Assembly: GCA_036785375.1 (NCBI GenBank)
Contig: JAWMAR010000152.1
Coordinates: forward strand, 4,712,001 to 4,776,000
Length of the DNA: 64,000 nt
Reading direction: 5' to 3'
Origin: Leucoraja ocellata
Taxonomy: Eukaryota
The notes under the pieces were generated by a model. The model did not search any database and was not told where the DNA came from. It worked only from the letters and a program-made list of their open reading frames with translations. Each line of letters starts with the position of its first letter. The stretch's first letter is position 1. A program made the translations under genes and the position numbers. Positions 56,961-64,000 of the stretch are shown piece after piece.

Positions 56961-58944
56961 ATCAGAGATGATTTTTTTTTTTGCAACACACGTGTTTTAA
57001 TTAACTGGCCCTCCTGTAACCATGTCCCTTGCTCACATTGGCTCGTTATACATCTGCCTTTGGCTCCAACATTTAGGTTAAATAATTGTGTGCAATCCCT
57101 GCGCCAAACTGATTAATTGCAGATCAGACACATTTGCTTTGCGAAATGCTGCCATTTACGGCAAGAAATGTGGTTTACTCAGCTTGCTCCAAATTTCAGG
57201 CAAATGCCAGTGACTTGTGCAGCAAAATAGCAAGGCCTCAGACCTTGGATGTACACACCATGGCAATTTAACAACAATAACAGATACAGTGGGTGCTATG
57301 GACAGAGGCAGTCAGCACCATGTTGCTTTTAATGGATTGCAACTTGGGCAACATGGTTAGTGAAATGCACTGCAGGAGGGAGGTGCATGCACGAGGATGG
57401 GGCAAAGCACCAATACCAGGGGACGCGAGCAGAAGGTCAAAAAGGTGCCAGGACTGAGGTGCAACAAGCCGAGAAGCAGAAGGCAATGCATGTGCGCGGG
57501 AGGCATGCACGCACGCACACAGAGCAGTGGGCACTGAAAGTAGCGCGCATTCGAGATGAAGCGTTTTTGATGGTCGCCACATGTCAAGGCCAGAAGGAAA
57601 CCACAAGACAAATGTCCATCCTACACCACTTGCTGGCAATAAACAGCGATTCCATTGTGTGGCATCTTCATGCTTGCTCATTGTACTTGTAGATTATATA
57701 GAGCAGTCATTGATATTACATTAATAAACCTGCAGCAGGATTAACACAGAAAACGGAAAACAAAATACGAAGTGTGGAAATTATCTGCAGATTAGGCAGC
57801 ATTGGTGGAAACAGTTAATAATTCAGGCCAAAGACACTGCCAAGTATTTCCAGAATTTTATTTTGTATTTTCAGAAATCCAGCCTGTGCAGTATCCAGAT
57901 TTCCATTTGGAAAATGCTTCATCTGTCTGGGCACCAGTTTTTTTTACCCGGTGGGAAATGTAATGCTAAACCTTCTCCAACAATGAATATTGGATCAAAA
58001 GGTATAATACTTTGCAATGTTTCATGATCCACTGGTCATGCTTCTATTTCCATCATTGCTTCAAAACACTATGATAGAACCATATTACCAATTTCTGAGA
58101 GTTCAGTAATGAGAATGCCATACTTGAAAGGAGCTCAATTTGTTGGCAATCGCAGCACAACCTGAAGCTCCATTTCTGATAGAAGATGTCAAAGTTGATC
58201 TCTCAACTAGATCAACTCTTTCCCATTATGCAGGCATTAATTGCAGCAACTACTTTTCAAAATCTCACGACTTAAAAATCATACAATGCAAGAAGACAAC
58301 TCATTTCTGGGAAACGCAAGGATAGCTGGTTGCCATTAACCAGTCTTACATGGCAAGGCCCTTGCCTCCATATCAGGTGCCAGTGACCAGTCTCTGTGGG
58401 TCTATTACTTGTCCTTGGACACGAGCACATGCTCACCCACATCTGTTTCCCTCACTACCCGAATCCCCATCAACTGCCGCCTTATGTATGTGCAAGTGTT
58501 TGTGTGTCATGCCTATGAAGCGGAGCTTGGTCTACAATCATCTTAGATCTCCTTGATCCCGACCCAAGACCTCACTCCATCAGGTCTGGTAGATGGTGTT
58601 AGAAGAATCACGCAAGGCATCTCAGACTCCTCTGACGAGAGTGAACGTGCATCATCCTTGACCAAGGGAATTGCTTTTTGAATCCTTTCAACCAAAGTAC
58701 TGCCAGTATATGGAGACTATGAGCCATATAAGAGGTACTAATTTGGCTATGTAGACACAAGAATGCTTTCTGCATTACCAAGGTATGCTGCTTATCACGT
58801 GATCTTGATTCTTTGGCCTTTCAATAACAAAGTGCCTCTTTATTTCCCTCCTGCAAGTTGGGATGTGTTTGACTGGAAGATTAGGTACGTCCTAGTAACA
58901 CTTCAGCTTTGTCATGTGTGCTTCACTTGCTGAAGTGCGTGGAC

Positions 58945-59226
58945 TGCACAGTGGCACAGCGGTAGAGTTGCTGCCTCACAGCGCCAGAGACCCGGGTTCA
59001 ATCCTGACTGCGGGTGCTGTCTGCACGTTCTCCCTGTGACCAACGTGGGTTTTCTCCGGTTTCCTCCCACACGCTGAAGACATAAAGGTTGGTAGGTTAA
59101 TTGGCTTGGTATAATTGTAAATTGTCCCTAGTGTGTGTAGGATAGCGTCAGTATGCGGGGATCGCTGGTCGGCACGGAGTTGCTGGGCCGAGGAACCTGT
59201 TTGCGTGCTGTATCTTTAAACTAAAA
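58945..59226 (+). mobile_element. HE1-like tRNA-derived (V-)SINE, near full length
   Basis: A box tggcacagcgg, B box gggttcaatcc, V-domain-like core, CR1-type tail gggccga...tgctgtatct.taaactaaa. Confidence 0.85.
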
Positions 59227-61922
59227 GTGTTCTGCCTGGCCAGTTGCAATGGAACAATGAATGGTGTGCAAGAATACTTATGAAGACTATCTGGCTATCA
59301 AGATGCCTCAGCTTCACTTACAAATATAGCTTCACTACTACAATACATCACATGGTCTGTATCCTTTGGTACTTGGAATCGAACAATGCTCATCCTCATT
59401 TTATTTTTTTATCTTTCCCATGCAATGTTCTTCAAGACGAGGGCCAATTTCTCTCGATGTTGCATGGGATGAAGGAAATAACTAAAGTACGTGATCTACT
59501 TGGTGTACTGCAATGCATACTCCCGATTCAAGAGAAGATTCCATTGCCTGTACACAGCTCAAGGCATTGTTCTCTAGGAACCTGCTCGTGCATAGCTTTC
59601 AACATAGCGACACCGCAGGAGTTGCGAGTATATGCAACTATCAGAAGCAGGGGAGGCAAGAGCCACCCCTCAATCATACATGAACCGCTCCAGGTTCTGA
59701 AGGGGAGCCAAGTCTACAACAGCCTGCAAATTGAGGAACCAACCAACAAATCTAAACAAAAGATATGGCATAGACTAGCCACAGCTACTCACGAGCGATG
59801 GGGAGGCTAGGAAGTGGGGAGCGTGAGCAACTGTGGCTTTGTGGTTCAAAGGGCCACAATGTCGAATCTGTGACGATTGCCTATGCAAACAATTCCAATG
59901 GATGAATTATTCAGAGGGGCCAAGATAGGGGTACAATTCTATCGACCATGGAATTTGTGATCATTCCCTTTAGATTGTGGGGATAGGATCTTTAAATCCA
60001 AGCACTTCCCAGCCTCCTCTCTTAAGATCCTCGACTTTGCACAAAGCACAGACTCGAATATTGCCACAATTCACCATGGAAACACCTATTGCAAGTTACT
60101 TTCATATACTAATTTGTCAGTTGAGAGGGGTGTCGGTGGTGATGGATGGAGTATTTCTTAACCTAAGAAAACGGTTGCTAGATAGTACACAGTGTTATGG
60201 AGACCTGCTTAGGATTGCCAAATGACAAATGTTCTTTGGACCAGTGTCAATTTTTATAGTTACATGTGCCAAAACAAACTGTTACACAAGGGCTGATGTT
60301 CTTAAATGCGTGGCGGATGCTAAAACCATGCCTAACGTGCAAGTATTTATCCTGATTACATTTCTGAAGTAGCATAATGCAATCTGGAAGTGGTCACAGT
60401 GATGTTTGACCCTGGGTTAAAACTGTTCTCAAATAGATGCACTGTTTAAAAACAAAATATTAGAATTCTCAGCAATTGTTCAGTGGTTCTTCCAAAAGGA
60501 GTTCTGGCACTCTGTATACATCAGTTTTGATTAAATATTGAAAGTAGATTTGGGAAGACATTCAATTATTCTAAAAGATACATTTGAAGAACAAATAAGT
60601 ATAATGGGGCGCTGGCCTCATACCAGTGACATATACTCTCAACTCCTGCAGTGTTGCCATGTTGAAAGCTGTGATGATGGCAAACAAAGTCCTTAGAATA
60701 CTTTTTACTGAAGACGGCTTTATCTAAAATATAGAACATTTGTTCAAATTTTAAGTAGTTGTACCTGCCAGCTTGCAAAGCCACAAGACATAGCATCTTC
60801 CAGACTAGCGTAATCCATGATCCAAAAAAAAAAAAACAGGTTAAATGGCTGGGGAAAGTAGAACTAAAAAAAAAACCTTAGATTGGGGAAATTCAATTCC
60901 AAACAACTGTCCTGAAATAGAAAAAAAGAGAAGTGCCAGAAACTCAGCAGGTCAAGTAGCATCTCTGCAGAACATGGCCAGGTGGCATTTTTGGTTGGGA
61001 CCCTTCTTCAGACTAAAACCTTGAGGTAGTGAGGATATCAAGGAGTTTTAGAAACGTTTCAACAATTTTTAGCTTTAATTTGGCTCCTATATAGGAATGT
61101 GATAGTTTTAAACAGAATGACAGCACTTTTATAAAATGTGAACTTCAATTTGTCAAGCACATTCCACTGATATCCATAGTCCTTGCTGTTTGTGATCCAA
61201 ATGGCAAATTAACAGAGCCATATATTTATTTGGAGACCAGCTGACTGGTCACAACCAAACCAGTAAGCGATGAAGAAACCAATTAGGTCAGGCAATATTT
61301 GTCAATGGAGAAAGATGTTGACGCTTCATTTTGATGACCAATCAATTAGAACTCAACAGCACAATACATTGAACATTTTTGTTCATTTGTTGCCCAACCT
61401 GCCGAATATTTCCAAGAGTGTCAAGGAACTACAGATGTTTGATAGTATACAGACGCAGATAGTATTGCACTTTAGCCAAAGTCAATTATTCCCAATATAA
61501 AAGTTGGGAGCCTGTCACAATCCGTCAGCAGCAAGTAGCAAAGCATTGGTGATCCTGGGCTTCAGAGGCATGGAGTACATAAACAGAATGGTCGTGTTAA
61601 ATCTTTAAAATCAAGCGAAACTGGTCGAGCATCACATTAAATTCTGGTCACCATGCTTCAGATAACTAAAGACCCACTGGATGTGAAAATAGTTCAAGGG
61701 CGACACATCTCAGCAGCAATATTACACTGGAAAGCCCAAGGGTATTCCCCTTGGGAGCAAATTCAGTCAAGTGGAAATTTGATAAGAGGCATACAAGATA
61801 ACAAGGGCTTTGCAGTGGGCAAAGAGGGTTAGGGAGAGAAACAATGGGCTGGGGTACAGAGAAGAAAGGAAGACAAAGAGATTCCTAAAGTGGTTATAAT
61901 CAGAAACTCATTGCCTAAGGTT

Positions 61923-62125
61923 TAAGAGGGAACTGCAGATGCTGGAGAATCGAAGGTTACACAGAAAAGCTGGAGAAACTCAGCGGGTGCAGCAGCATCT
62001 ATGGAGCGAAGGAAATAGGCAACGTTTCGGGTCTGAAGAAGGGTTTCGGCCCGAAACGTTGCCTATTTCCTTCGCTCCATAGATGCTGCTGCACCCGCTG
62101 AGTTTCTCCAGCTTTTCTGTGTAAC
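61923..62125. mobile_element. Palindromic Penelope-derived element with a hammerhead core and a 17 bp target-site duplication
   Basis: Perfect 76 bp arms at 61956-62031 and 62050-62125; ACTCATTGCCTAAGGTT at 61906-61922 and 62126-62142. Confidence 0.9.
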
Positions 62126-62516
62126 ACTCATTGCCTAAGGTTGTGGAAACTAAGTCAATCTGGGTTTCGAAAGAAAATCTAAATAGGCACAGGAGAAAAT
62201 AACTTGCAGGGCTACGGAAAAAGGGAGGGGGAGACGGGGAAAATGTGATTGAACAGACTGTTCCACAAAAGGCATTGACATGGACTCCGAGCCAAATAGT
62301 CTGCATTATGATTCACAAGCTTTGGCCAGCTCTTCTCATAGCTAAAACTGTAACAATCCAATTGACAGAGCTCATTTTAATGAAACAAATAGTAAAAAGC
62401 ATTTATTTTTAAAAAGTGTTGCTAAATTTAAATATTATTTCAAGATATTAAAAACACAAATGCTGACGTGCACATCTTCATTCTATTTAGTTGGAAAATA
62501 ATCTGAATGAACTTAC

Positions 62517-62570
62517 TGCATGAAGACAACAATATTATGGACCTTGATTGATGGCATTGTGCAAAAGGTA
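62517..62570 (-). CDS. tmem106c: TMEM106C penultimate exon (54 bp)
   Basis: cag|[20 protein letters not shown]|gtaagt. The phase joins the last exon (CA+G = Gln). FCT...I.VHNIV is a TMEM106 hallmark. Confidence 0.92.
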
Positions 62571-63095
62571 CTGTGGAAGAAAATAAACTAGTTAGATCAG
62601 TTCAATCATAGCGAGCAAGATATTTGGCTCACTGCACGGGCTTTTTGCCTTTAGTGCAAAGGCTAGTTCACACAGAGATCAGTTCCAAATCAAACTCAAT
62701 GCTTCCTTCCCCCCCCCCAACCCCACCAAAAAGCAATGGTTTCTTTAACAGTTTACATTTTTTAGATTGTTTCACTATCTCAGGAAAGTGAGATTTCAAG
62801 GCAGAGAAATGACCAAGTAGTCTCACTCCAAGATTCTTCCAATCTCACACCGACTGAAATTCATAAAATCAGAATCATTACAATTGGAGGCTTATATTTA
62901 AATTGCCTTCATTAAAATAGCTAAATTTGGATTTGTACCAACATATCAGCAAAGTTAAAACCCGTCCTGCTCAAAAACCATTTACCCTCGTACACGGGTC
63001 CCAGAAGGGGCAATTAATCGCTGGAAACACACGTCAGGATTTATATTGTAACATGCTCCACTCTGGCAGTGGCTGATCATACAGTAGCACAAAAA

Positions 63096-63400
63096 TAGAC
63101 ACGAAGTGCTGGAGTAACTCCACGGGTCAGGCAACATCTCAGGAGAACATGGAAAGGTGACGTTTCGGGTCGGAACCCTTCTTCAGATCAAGTGTGTTGG
63201 AATGAAAGCTGGAAGAGAAAATGGACTGGATAACGCCTGGAAAATGATAGGAGGAGGGGAAGCTGGAAAGGCAGATGACTGGACGAAAGACAAAAAGTGT
63301 AAGACAAGGATGGAAGAGGTGAGAATTGTGAATCCAGAGGAAGGAATATAGGTGGAAGGGGAGATGGGGGTGGGGGGGGGGGGAGAAAGGGGAGAAAGGC
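63096..63400 (-). mobile_element. Penelope-like element 3' fragment
   Basis: Same family arm as the short elements, extended by a purine-rich (+) tract. Confidence 0.7.
63156..63188 (-). ncRNA. Minimal hammerhead ribozyme motif (putative)
   Basis: Minus strand CUGAAGA-A-GGGU-UCCG-ACCC-GAAAC-GUC; stem I weak. Confidence 0.5.
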
Positions 63401-63997
63401 AATCCAAACTATTTTCCTACAGAACAACAACTAAGTATTGTCCATTCTCCAAACACCCCAAAACTCAGAAGAGCCACCTTAAGGAATGAATGGAACCAGT
63501 TCGGTCAACCGTTCCAAAATGAACATGTTGCAATATTAAACATGCCTGGAATAGATGATCGCCGATTTACAAGCACCCAAGTGTGCCTGTATCCAAGCAT
63601 GTACACAACCCACGGGGACAAATTAATATTGTGTACCATTCATTAATGGAAAGACTGAACTACATTGTGTAGAATAGTTACTGTTCCCAATACCACGCCA
63701 GGCTCTCAGATTTTAAACATCCATTTCTTGGCTGTGGCCCTTTTCAAAAATAGATCCTCGACTATTTTAACTAAAAAGCTCCATTGCTTTGATTAATTTC
63801 TGCTTCTCAATAGGCAAATAAAATGTTCAAACTAGATCTTTTGGGATAACTTGTATTACAAGAGCAGCCATTTGGCTAGTTTTCAAACTTTAGCACGGAT
63901 CAATTGAACACTACTGGAGCGCACCATTCATGTACAAAATATGTAATTAGCATTTAGGCAGTGAACAAGGGGAGAGGGAAAACAAAACACTACTTAC

Positions 63998-64000
63998 TAC
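63998..64000 (-). CDS. tmem106c: Last 3 nt of the preceding TMEM106C exon (cut by window edge)
   Basis: Minus-strand donor GTAAGT at 63997-63992, preceded by G-TA. TA + T gives the Tyr expected before xFCT. Confidence 0.55.

Noticed and set aside
58945-59020. tRNA gene (also 22910-22985)
   Set aside because: The A and B boxes continue into SINE body and tail; these are SINE heads, not complete cloverleafs.
59244-59810. 188 aa ORF, the longest in the window
   Set aside because: Non-ATG start, no recognisable domain, lies antisense in a tmem106c intron; possibly decayed transposon sequence that I could not classify.

Overview
Eukaryotic (vertebrate) genomic DNA. The repeat content points to a cartilaginous fish, probably a skate or ray (inference). 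The + strand carries the 3' two-thirds of a type II collagen gene (col2a1): 36 consecutive GT-AG exons from 2100 to 45883, equivalent to human exons 19-54. They encode an unbroken Gly-X-Y helix, the C-telopeptide and an 8-Cys C-propeptide, followed by a ~1.4 kb 3'UTR with miR-148, miR-29 and let-7 seed matches. The - strand carries the convergent last exons of a TMEM106-family gene (tmem106c by synteny), which the ORF track misses. Introns hold CR1, Rex/Babar and L2-like LINE fragments, tRNA-derived SINEs, a Harbinger-like MITE and several decayed minisatellites. Most notable: (1) a spliced, pseudogenised Myb/SANT gene, probably Harbinger-derived, in sense orientation inside col2a1 intron 43; (2) short Penelope-derived elements with hammerhead-ribozyme cores that insert as fold-back palindromes with 14-17 bp target-site duplications; (3) a SINE whose tail matches the 3' end of a Rex/Babar LINE in the same window. 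Exon numbers, repeat family names and comparisons with human sequence come from recall, not database searches. Repeat boundaries are approximate.
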